A stretch of 64,000 nucleotides of DNA from Clostridia bacterium (GTDB taxonomy: Bacteria > Bacillota > Clostridia > UMGS1883), in assembly GCA_017472685.1 (NCBI GenBank), contig JAFUOO010000008.1, positions 6,154 through 70,153 of the forward strand, written 5' to 3'. Under the pieces are notes generated by a model, which saw only the letters and a program-made list of their open reading frames with translations, was not told the origin of the DNA and searched no databases. Both the position numbers and the translations under genes were made by a program. Shown piece by piece: positions 46,828 to 54,244 of this stretch (position 1 is the stretch's first letter; the number at the start of each line of letters is the position of its first letter).

Positions 46828-47199
46828 ATGAAGAATATATCCATTGGGGATGCAGAATTAGAAATAATGAAAGTTATTTGGAAAGCAAAAGCACCTATAA
46901 CTTCTCTTGATATTGGAAAAGAAGTAGAAGATAAGGGTTGGAAAAAGACAACCATTGCAACCTTTCTTACAAGGCTTGTAGAAAAAGGTGCTTTGTCTGC
47001 AGACAAGCAAGGTAAAATGTATTACTACACACCTTTAATATCAGAAAAGGAATACAGAAAATCACAGACCAAAAATCTTATTAAGACTTTATATAATGGT
47101 TCTGTTAGAGATTTTGCAGTATCTTTCTTTGAAGAACAGAAATTATCAGACAAGGACATTCAGGAACTAAAGGCAATCTTTGAAGATAAGGGGGAATAA
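46828..47199 (+). CDS. BlaI/MecI/CopY family transcriptional repressor
   Basis: Winged-helix N-terminus (ELEIMKVIWKAKAPITSLDIGKEV...KKTTIATFLTRLVEKG) and a typical length of 123 aa. Confidence 0.85.
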   Translation: MKNISIGDAELEIMKVIWKAKAPITSLDIGKEVEDKGWKKTTIATFLTRLVEKGALSADKQGKMYYYTPLISEKEYRKSQTKNLIKTLYNGSVRDFAVSFFEEQKLSDKDIQELKAIFEDKGE

Positions 47200-47202
47200 T
47201 CT

Positions 47203-49362
47203 ATGGCACAAATATTTACAGCACTTCTTCTTACTTCTGGGATAGGCACAGCTCTTGCTCTGATACTAACTTTATTAAAACCTATAACAAGGAAAGTCTT
47301 TTCTGGTGGTTGGCATTATTATATGTGGTTGGTTGTACTTCTGGTAATGGTCTTGCCTATAAGATTAAACCTACCTGAAAAACCTGTAACTACACCACCT
47401 ACTTCTGAAACAGTCACAATTACAGATAATCAGGCCGAAAATACTGAAACACCTATAATTGATACACAACCAGAACAGATTATACAAGCACAGCCTACAC
47501 AACCTGAAAAAGTATCAACAATTCAGGCTATAAAGAACTTTTTAATTACTAATCTTCAATTATTCTCTTTAATCTGGTTAATGGGAGCAGTATTGCTGTT
47601 CCTGATAAAGATTGTAAGTTATCTGGTGTTCTTGATTAAAATACATAAACATTCAGAAATCATATCTTGTCCAGAAGTAAAGGCATATACAAACAGAAAA
47701 ATTAAAACAAGGGTAAGTGATACAATCTGCTCACCCCTTATGATAGGTATAATCAGACCTACATTATTACTACCTAAAACAGATATTACACCAGAACAAT
47801 TACATAATGTTTTGGCTCATGAAATGATACACTTAAAAAGAAATGATATTTTGTATAAGTGGTTTGTCAGCATAGTCAAATGTGTTCATTGGTTTAATCC
47901 TGCAATTTACTTTATCAGTAAGCAGATTAATATTGATTGTGAAATATCCTGTGATTTAGCAGTAGTAAAGGAAATGGATGAACAACAGGAAAAAGGATAT
48001 GTAGAAACCATATTATCACTTTTAACACATAACAACTCAAAGGCTATCCCCCTGACTACAGGAATGACAGGAAACAAGGAAACATTAAAAAGGAGGTTTA
48101 CTATGATTAAGAAAAGAAAGAACATAGGAAAAGTAACACAGATTTTATCAACAGTTTTAGCAGTTGTAATTTTAGTAACAACAGTATTTACAAGTGGTGT
48201 GTTAGCAACAGAAATATTAAAGAAAGACAATTCAGAAAATATATTTGATATAGAAGTTAGACATAATGGTTATCTTGTGGCATTAACAAATAAGCCATTT
48301 TTTGAAAATAATGTATTGTATTTACCATTAAGAGAATTACTTGAAAAAACAGGTCTTGTGGATAATGAAGATAGTTATATAAAATGGGATAATGGGAAAA
48401 TTACACTTTGTATAACAGAGGGGGATAATGCTCCAAACTATGATAGTACAGGAAATCAAATTGGAACTAAACCCATAATTATACAATACTATTATGGACT
48501 TGAAATAGGAAAAGCAGAGTATATATTAAATCCAGAAGGAACTTTGCCTGAACAAAGACATCATTTAAGTCTAAGTAAGGATATGACTAATGCTCCTATC
48601 CTGAAAGATAGTATTACATATATTCCCTATGAATATGTTGAATATATGGTAAATAAAGTTATGAGAAATCATGAGATAACTATATGGGATATTACTAATA
48701 TATCAACAAAAAACATAGATAACATAGATAATGCTGAAGATATGACCTATGAAGATATAAGAAGTTTACAAATATCTGTTGATAATGGACACTTCCCTTG
48801 GAGATTAGACCCTGAACAGGTTATAATGGCTTTCTTGTCTGGTAAAGGAATAAGTGTTAGCAATATAAGGTTGCCTGAAATTACAAATGATAAATTAAAA
48901 TATGTAGATGGTAATATTGAAATAGAGTTATTTAAGCCAATAGACAAGAGTGAAAAAGGTATCTGGATAGTAAAGACATTTCAGAAGAAAGGTAATGCTA
49001 TAATACAGGAAGTGCATTTTTATGAAAGAACTCCTGCACAGGCTTGGATAAACAAACAAGAGGATGGGTGGTACAAAGTTCCACAACACATAAGTGCTGT
49101 TTTACAATATGAAGGAGATAAACCACATTCAATATCAGCATATTTTACTCCAGCAGGAACAAATATGGAGAGTGAAAAAAAGTTAGTTGGTCAAAAAGTG
49201 CTTGTCACAACAGATACAAGTATATCCCAAACACCAGCAAGATTTCCTTCATTAGATATAGACTTTTCTAAAGAAGATACATTAGGTCATTTGTGGTTTG
49301 TCTTTAATTTTGAAGATGGTTCAAGTATAGTGTCAGAAATATACAATATGTATATTGAGTAA
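47203..49362 (+). CDS. BlaR1/M56-family membrane metalloprotease-type signal transducer with a non-canonical extracellular domain
   Basis: Zinc motif AHEMIHLKRND within the M56 region and several TM helices. A Cu-amine-oxidase-N-like stalk segment follows (VALTNKPFFENNVLYLPLRELLEKTGL). I could not recognise a penicillin-binding sensor domain by eye. Confidence 0.8.
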   Translation: MAQIFTALLLTSGIGTALALILTLLKPITRKVFSGGWHYYMWLVVLLVMVLPIRLNLPEKPVTTPPTSETVTITDNQAENTETPIIDTQPEQIIQAQPTQPEKVSTIQAIKNFLITNLQLFSLIWLMGAVLLFLIKIVSYLVFLIKIHKHSEIISCPEVKAYTNRKIKTRVSDTICSPLMIGIIRPTLLLPKTDITPEQLHNVLAHEMIHLKRNDILYKWFVSIVKCVHWFNPAIYFISKQINIDCEISCDLAVVKEMDEQQEKGYVETILSLLTHNNSKAIPLTTGMTGNKETLKRRFTMIKKRKNIGKVTQILSTVLAVVILVTTVFTSGVLATEILKKDNSENIFDIEVRHNGYLVALTNKPFFENNVLYLPLRELLEKTGLVDNEDSYIKWDNGKITLCITEGDNAPNYDSTGNQIGTKPIIIQYYYGLEIGKAEYILNPEGTLPEQRHHLSLSKDMTNAPILKDSITYIPYEYVEYMVNKVMRNHEITIWDITNISTKNIDNIDNAEDMTYEDIRSLQISVDNGHFPWRLDPEQVIMAFLSGKGISVSNIRLPEITNDKLKYVDGNIEIELFKPIDKSEKGIWIVKTFQKKGNAIIQEVHFYERTPAQAWINKQEDGWYKVPQHISAVLQYEGDKPHSISAYFTPAGTNMESEKKLVGQKVLVTTDTSISQTPARFPSLDIDFSKEDTLGHLWFVFNFEDGSSIVSEIYNMYIE

Positions 49363-49380
49363 AATCAAAGGTGGCTTTAT

Positions 49381-49692
49381 ATGAGAAAAATTATATACTT
49401 TATACCTGCATTACCCTTTACTATTTTATTCATTTATTTTGCCATTGGAACTTCAATAGAAGTAACACCTATTGCCTGGATAATGAATATCCTACTTATA
49501 TTATCAGGAATGTTAATGTGTAAAAGTAAGTGGTGGGGTTGTTGCTTTGGAGTGATTTCAGGTGCTATATTGATATATATGGGGCTACAAGAAACAGGTC
49601 AGATTTTCAAGGAATATATTTTAGGTGTTCCACTTGTTATATTTTATATTATATGTGGTTTTGTGGTTGCAAAGCATAACAAGAAAAAGTAG
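49381..49692 (+). CDS. small membrane protein (103 aa, about 3 TM helices)
   Basis: AAAGGTGG RBS. It is hydrophobic throughout and lies 18 nt after the blaR1-like stop. Confidence 0.6.
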   Translation: MRKIIYFIPALPFTILFIYFAIGTSIEVTPIAWIMNILLILSGMLMCKSKWWGCCFGVISGAILIYMGLQETGQIFKEYILGVPLVIFYIICGFVVAKHNKKK

Positions 49693-49707
49693 GACTTTGT
49701 ATAGATA

Positions 49708-49733
49708 GGGTGTGTTCCGCACGGAACACACCC
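49708..49733 (+). terminator. terminator of the cargo operon
   Basis: GGGTGTGTTCCG ca CGGAACACACCC followed by TTATAATT. Confidence 0.7.
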
Positions 49734-49760
49734 TTATAATTCTTGTTACACAAATGTAAT

Positions 49761-49789
49761 TTGACATAAGACAATATATATGATAATAT
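49761..49789 (+). promoter_or_regulatory. near-consensus sigma-A promoter with no ORF behind it
   Basis: TTGACA (49761-49766), 17-nt spacer, TGaTAATAT (49781-49789). Confidence 0.6.
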
Positions 49790-49795
49790 GTAGTT

Positions 49796-50370
49796 GATGA
49801 AGTTTACATAAATTTCCTCTTGTAGTGGGATTAAGTGCTGCAATTGGAGTTTGTGAGAATATTCTTTCATCCATCGCTTATAAACTACCCAAGCTCATAG
49901 CGGGCATGATGCACCCTTGGGAGCAATAGGCTTATAAGGATGATTAGTGTCGATTTTTACGGAGTGTATATATCCGGTATGTTTACTTTGAAGCCCGATA
50001 GTTTTAATGGTGCCCAGTAATGGAAAGTAGCCGGGGCAGACGCAGGCGAAATTCATCATTCTGTACTATCCCACAGAATAGGGTAAAGTAAGTCTGTCTT
50101 GCCATCGGACACGCTATGCGTGATCGGGACCGATGTGTAAACGAAACGATTTCTCGATAACCCGTGAACGGGGGTACTATGCCCTTAAGAGAACTAAATG
50201 TATTTTATGGAGATGGAAAACCTACTACCCTTTTGGGTCTGAATGAAAAACCGATTTGGTTTTTAAGGAGATGAACACGCAAAGGGAGTTTTGTGCCCTT
50301 TTTGCAGATGTGGAGAAAAATTCATATATTGGAGATATGAAAACACGGTCAATATTTGACGGTGTTTTTT
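49796..50370 (+). ncRNA. candidate structured non-coding transcript of about 575 nt (family unassigned)
   Basis: No plus-strand ORF of 60 aa or more lies between 49692 and 50553. Many local and long-range helices are visible (listed in the finding). An intrinsic terminator AACACGGTCAA tat TTGACGGTGTT + TTTT lies at 50342-50370. The segment is more G+C-rich than the rest of the element (by eye). Confidence 0.45.
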
Positions 50371-50552
50371 CGTACTTATTTAAGGAAAACAGCGGTTTTG
50401 CCTTTGGGGTAATTTTTTAAAGGGGGGTGATGCTTATGTTATATGGAAAACAACACAAAGTCTTTTATAATATTTCAACTTATAACATAAACATAGCAAA
50501 TTTAACAACCACCTCCAAATGCAAAATCACATAGAAAACATAGGTCTATATA

Positions 50553-51017
50553 ATGGGTAGAATTTATCCTGAAGTTGAAAAACTTCTCGATGAATTGAAA
50601 TCACGGCAAGTTTTTGATGCCGATTTCAATCGTCATTTACCCATACGCAAAACTTTTCATGGAGTAATAAATCAATTATTGGAGATGAAACATTGCAATT
50701 CTGTAATGTTTTGTGAAAAGACAGATTTAAACAAAACAATATTCAGCGATTTAAAGAAAAAAGACTACAAACCTATTAAAAGAATAGTAGTTACTATCTG
50801 TATCGGCTTAAAGCTCGAATATTCAATATCAGAAGAATTATTAAGATTAGCAGGTTATGAATTAGTATTGACAAGGGAAATCGACTATGCTTATTATCTG
50901 TTTATGACAGAGTACCGACATCCCGATATGTCAATAGAAGATTATAATAAATTACTTGAGCATTGGGGTTTTGATGAAAAAGACTTTTTAGGCTCATTGA
51001 CGAGGAAAACAGAATAA
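50553..51017 (+). CDS. hypothetical protein, possibly an XRE-like HTH regulator of the element
   Basis: 154 aa. An HTH-like segment (MFCEKTDLNKTIFSDLKKKDYKPIKRIVVTICIGLKL) is present. The SD is weak. A terminator follows at 51025-51063. Confidence 0.5.
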   Translation: MGRIYPEVEKLLDELKSRQVFDADFNRHLPIRKTFHGVINQLLEMKHCNSVMFCEKTDLNKTIFSDLKKKDYKPIKRIVVTICIGLKLEYSISEELLRLAGYELVLTREIDYAYYLFMTEYRHPDMSIEDYNKLLEHWGFDEKDFLGSLTRKTE

Positions 51018-51255
51018 AAATTATTATGCCGTGTGTAGATTTTACGCACGGCATATTTTTTTTGCAAAAACAGATAATTTGGCAAATTACCAAAAGTAAC
51101 GGTTTTATGCGGTTTCTCATACTGGATTAAATTGAAACCCCTTGAAAAATGGGGATTTGTTGGTAATTTCGCAAATGTTTGTAAGACAAAAAAATTGTGT
51201 TATCATATACTCGTAATCCGGATTTACAATATTTTACGAGGAGGAATTTTTTAAT

Positions 51256-51573
51256 ATGAAAATTCAAGATTTAATAATTGATCCCAAGAGTTTAGGAAGT
51301 AAGCTATGGCTTGTTGATGTTGCACCTGTGTATGAGTATAAGGACAACAGGAGAACAGAAAACATCACCGGCTATCGCTACACGGTTGCAATGCCCGAAA
51401 AAGGTCTTGATAAAATCAACATCAGGATTGACGGAAAGCAGCTTGTAGAAAAACCGAATGGCTATGCGGAAGTTACATTCGCAGGCCTTGAACTGTCATT
51501 GTATATGATGAATAATCAGCCACAGGTCAAAGCAACTGCAACAGGTATAACATTAGTTAATAACAAGGCTTAA
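51256..51573 (+). CDS. small protein, possibly DUF961/HelP-like (helicase processivity factor of ICEBs1/Tn916-type elements)
   Basis: GAGGAGG RBS, 105 aa, beta-rich. Its position directly upstream of the Rep and FtsK-like genes mirrors Tn916 orf22/23 and ICEBs1 helP. The sequence assignment is tentative. Confidence 0.4.
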   Translation: MKIQDLIIDPKSLGSKLWLVDVAPVYEYKDNRRTENITGYRYTVAMPEKGLDKINIRIDGKQLVEKPNGYAEVTFAGLELSLYMMNNQPQVKATATGITLVNNKA

Positions 51574-51626
51574 AGGCTATCGGCACGGCGGAGATTTTTC
51601 CTCAAAAAAATATTTGCCGTGCCGTC

Positions 51627-51676
51627 CAAGCCATAAGGGTTAGTATTACCCTTATGGCTTGAATGTAGCATGTAGC
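51627..51676 (+). promoter_or_regulatory. candidate rolling-circle origin / oriT: stem-loop with TAGTATTAC apex plus tandem iterons
   Basis: The 14-bp perfect stem pairs CAAGCCATAAGGGT (51627-51640) with ACCCTTATGGCTTG (51648-51661). TAGTATTAC sits at 51641-51649. ATGTAGC occurs twice in tandem at 51663-51676. The Rep ATG lies at 51695. Confidence 0.6.
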
Positions 51677-51694
51677 AGAAAGGTGGTCGATTAT

Positions 51695-52636
51695 ATGTCA
51701 AATTCACAATCACGCAAATGGACTTTGGTAATAAATAATCCGCTTGAATGTGAGTTTACACACGAGCATATATGCGAAATATTGATGAAGTTTTTTCCTG
51801 ACTATTTCTGTATGGCTGACGAGATTGCAAAAACGGGAACTTTTCATACTCATATTTTCATATATTCCCATTCCCCGATACGATTTTCAACGCTGAAAAA
51901 TCGATTCCCAATTGCTCATATTGAAAAAGCTATCGGAAGCGCAAAACAAAATCGTGATTATATATTAAAATCGGGCAAATGGGAAAATAATGAAAAATCT
52001 GAAACAAGTATTGAGGGCAGTTTTTACGAGTACGGCACTTTGCCAAAGGAACGGGATGAGAACAATCCCAAAATGAGCAAACTGATTGAGAATATCCGTG
52101 ACGGAAAGCAGACAACCGAGATTATAGATGATTCCCCCGAATTTGCTTTTCGCATCCGTGATATTGATGCACTCCGTCAGGTGCTTAATTCCGAAAAGTA
52201 TTTAAGTGAAAACAGAGATTTATATGTAACATATATTTTCGGTGCAAGCGGAACGGGAAAAACCAGGAGTATATATCAAAAGCACGATGCGAAAGAAATT
52301 TGCAGAATAACAAATTACCGAGCAGGCAAAGGAATAAATTTTGACGGATATTCGGGTCAGGATGTTTTGGTGTTTGAGGAATTTAATTCACAGATCCCCA
52401 TTGAAGAAATGCTGAACTATCTTGACATTTATCCTCTAAATCTTCCGGCAAGGTATAACGACAGAACAGCGTGCTTTACAAAGGTATATATCACTTCTAA
52501 CATTCCTCTGTCAGAACAATACAAGGATGTGCAGATTTATCATCCTGAAACTTGGAACGCATTTTTAAGAAGAATACATAAGGTTTTGGAATACCACAAG
52601 GATGGCGGCATTACGGAAAGGAGTGCAAAGGTATGA
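51695..52636 (+). CDS. HUH endonuclease-SF3 helicase Rep (CRESS-DNA-virus-like replication initiator / putative IME relaxase)
   Basis: Motif I WTLVINN, motif II HTHIFIY and motif III YILK (Tyr codon at 51959-51961). Walker A GASGTGKT, Walker B VLVFEEF, motif C ITSN and FLRRI follow, all in canonical order. ATG 51695 follows AAAGGTGG. Confidence 0.8.
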   Translation: MSNSQSRKWTLVINNPLECEFTHEHICEILMKFFPDYFCMADEIAKTGTFHTHIFIYSHSPIRFSTLKNRFPIAHIEKAIGSAKQNRDYILKSGKWENNEKSETSIEGSFYEYGTLPKERDENNPKMSKLIENIRDGKQTTEIIDDSPEFAFRIRDIDALRQVLNSEKYLSENRDLYVTYIFGASGTGKTRSIYQKHDAKEICRITNYRAGKGINFDGYSGQDVLVFEEFNSQIPIEEMLNYLDIYPLNLPARYNDRTACFTKVYITSNIPLSEQYKDVQIYHPETWNAFLRRIHKVLEYHKDGGITERSAKV

Positions 52637-53952
52637 ACAGACAAGATAAATATATTTTAGAAAGCAAAACAAGATTGAAATATCAGTTTTTAAGATTAAA
52701 GACAGGTATTTATGAAGTAACTCATAAAAAATTATACTCCATAATTGCAGTTACATACATACTTGTTGCTTTGCTTATATGGGTTATATCAAGAGTAAAT
52801 GCAAATACAGAAACAGCAGATATATTTTCATTATTCAATATAGTTGTATTTCAGCTTTTATATCCGCTTTATGCGGTTGCCGGATTTATCGTTATGCTGA
52901 TTATGATAGGAACTCCTAAAGGTGCAAAATCCATAAATGAAAATCTGTGGAGAATCGGTCTGACAAATCACGCAGCAGAATCTCCCCTGTTACTTCGCAA
53001 GTATAGACAAGACAACGAATTTGATATTACAATTATGGAATTTGAGCCTAACGGCATACCTCTTTCAGAATGGCAGGACAAACAGGAACGGATTGAAACT
53101 GCATTAAATGTGCATATCATAAAATTTGAGCAAGGCACAAGCAAAAGACGGATTTTGTTATACACCGTATCAGGTGATGAAGGATTACCCAAAACTGTTT
53201 ACTGGAAGGAAAAATATTTAAGTGATGAAGATTTTACACTTATTTTTGGTTACAGTATGACGGGACAGGTCAATATAAACCTTGCTAAAATTCCTCATAT
53301 ATTGCTTGGTGGTTCGACAGGTTCAGGTAAAAGTGTACTGCTTAAATTACTCATTATGCAATGTATTAAAAAGGAAGCGGATGTATTTATTGCAGACTTT
53401 AAGGGCGGTGTTGATTTTCTTCCCGAATGGCACGAAATGTCATATATCATAACAGAAGAAAATACCCTGCTTGAAGTTTTAACAGAGCTTGTAAATGAAT
53501 TAGAGAACAGAAAACAGGTGCTCAGAAAATACGGTTGTGCAAACATTGGCGAATACAACAAGGTGTATGCAAACAAGATGAAAAGAATTGTCTTTGCCTG
53601 TGATGAGGTTGCAGAGGTTTTGGATAAAACAGGTCTTTCAAAGGATGCAAAAGAGCTTGTAACACAAATTGAGGGTAAACTCTCTATAATTGCAAGACAA
53701 GGCAGGGCATTTGGAATACATCTGATTTTAGCAACACAAAGACCGGATGCAAATATCTTAACAGGGCAAATACGAAACAACATTGATTTCAGAGTATGCG
53801 GAAGAGCCGACAATGTATTATCTCAAATCATACTTGATAATACAGAGGCAGCAGACAAAATTCCAAAGGAATCACAAGGCTTGTTTATCACGCATGATGG
53901 GGTTGTATTTCAAGGTTATTTATTTGATGAAAAGGCTGTTTTCGTGGAATAA
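52633..53952 (+). CDS. FtsK/SpoIIIE-family DNA translocase / TcpA-like coupling protein
   Basis: Two N-terminal TM helices, Walker A GGSTGSGKS, Walker B IVFACDE and the ATQRP motif. Confidence 0.85.
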   Translation: MNRQDKYILESKTRLKYQFLRLKTGIYEVTHKKLYSIIAVTYILVALLIWVISRVNANTETADIFSLFNIVVFQLLYPLYAVAGFIVMLIMIGTPKGAKSINENLWRIGLTNHAAESPLLLRKYRQDNEFDITIMEFEPNGIPLSEWQDKQERIETALNVHIIKFEQGTSKRRILLYTVSGDEGLPKTVYWKEKYLSDEDFTLIFGYSMTGQVNINLAKIPHILLGGSTGSGKSVLLKLLIMQCIKKEADVFIADFKGGVDFLPEWHEMSYIITEENTLLEVLTELVNELENRKQVLRKYGCANIGEYNKVYANKMKRIVFACDEVAEVLDKTGLSKDAKELVTQIEGKLSIIARQGRAFGIHLILATQRPDANILTGQIRNNIDFRVCGRADNVLSQIILDNTEAADKIPKESQGLFITHDGVVFQGYLFDEKAVFVE

Positions 53953-53966
53953 AGGATGTGGCGAAT

Positions 53967-54170
53967 ATGAAAAATACAAAATATGTTCCGCCGTGGGAAA
54001 AGTCAAATCTTACACTTGAAGAAGCTGCAGCCTATTTTGGAATCGGAATAAACAAATTGCGAGAAATTACAAACGATAAAAATTGTAAATTTGTTTTATG
54101 GGTTGGCAGTAAAAGACTTATAAAGCGGAAACTGTTCGATGAGTATATCGAAAAACAATACTCAATCTAA
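53967..54170 (+). CDS. excisionase-type small HTH DNA-binding protein
   Basis: 67 aa with LTLEEAAAYFGIGINKLREIT, lying immediately upstream of the integrase. ATG 53967 has better SD spacing than the track GTG at 53958. Confidence 0.7.
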   Translation: MKNTKYVPPWEKSNLTLEEAAAYFGIGINKLREITNDKNCKFVLWVGSKRLIKRKLFDEYIEKQYSI

Positions 54171-54244
54171 TTGACAATGAGAGCATATTTAAGTATAATA
54201 ATACTTGGATATGCTCTTCTTTCTTGTAACGAAAGGAGAACATT

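Noticed and set aside
49649-49870. 73-aa minus-strand ORF at the start of the non-coding unit
   Set aside because: It overlaps the 3' end of the small membrane protein gene, its terminator and the plus-strand promoter. It has no SD.
50271-50531. Two short plus-strand ORFs in the element: MNTQREFCALFADVEKNSYIGDMKTRSIFDGVFSYLFKENSGFAFGVIF (50271-50420) and MLYGKQHKVFYNISTYNINIANLTTTSKCKIT (50436-50531)
   Set aside because: In the first, AAGGAG touches the ATG with no spacer, and the terminator hairpin lies inside it. The second has a good GGGGGTGA SD but a low-complexity sequence, and I cannot judge its conservation. I am keeping them in mind as alternatives to a purely non-coding reading, but they are not supportable as genes.
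51581-51624. CGGCAC/GGCGGA resemblance to the circovirus CGGCAG hexamer iterons
   Set aside because: The sequence is part of a 9-bp inverted repeat that more simply serves as the terminator of the upstream gene. The similarity to the PCV hexamer is short and probably coincidental. The ATGTAGC tandem next to the stem is the better iteron candidate.
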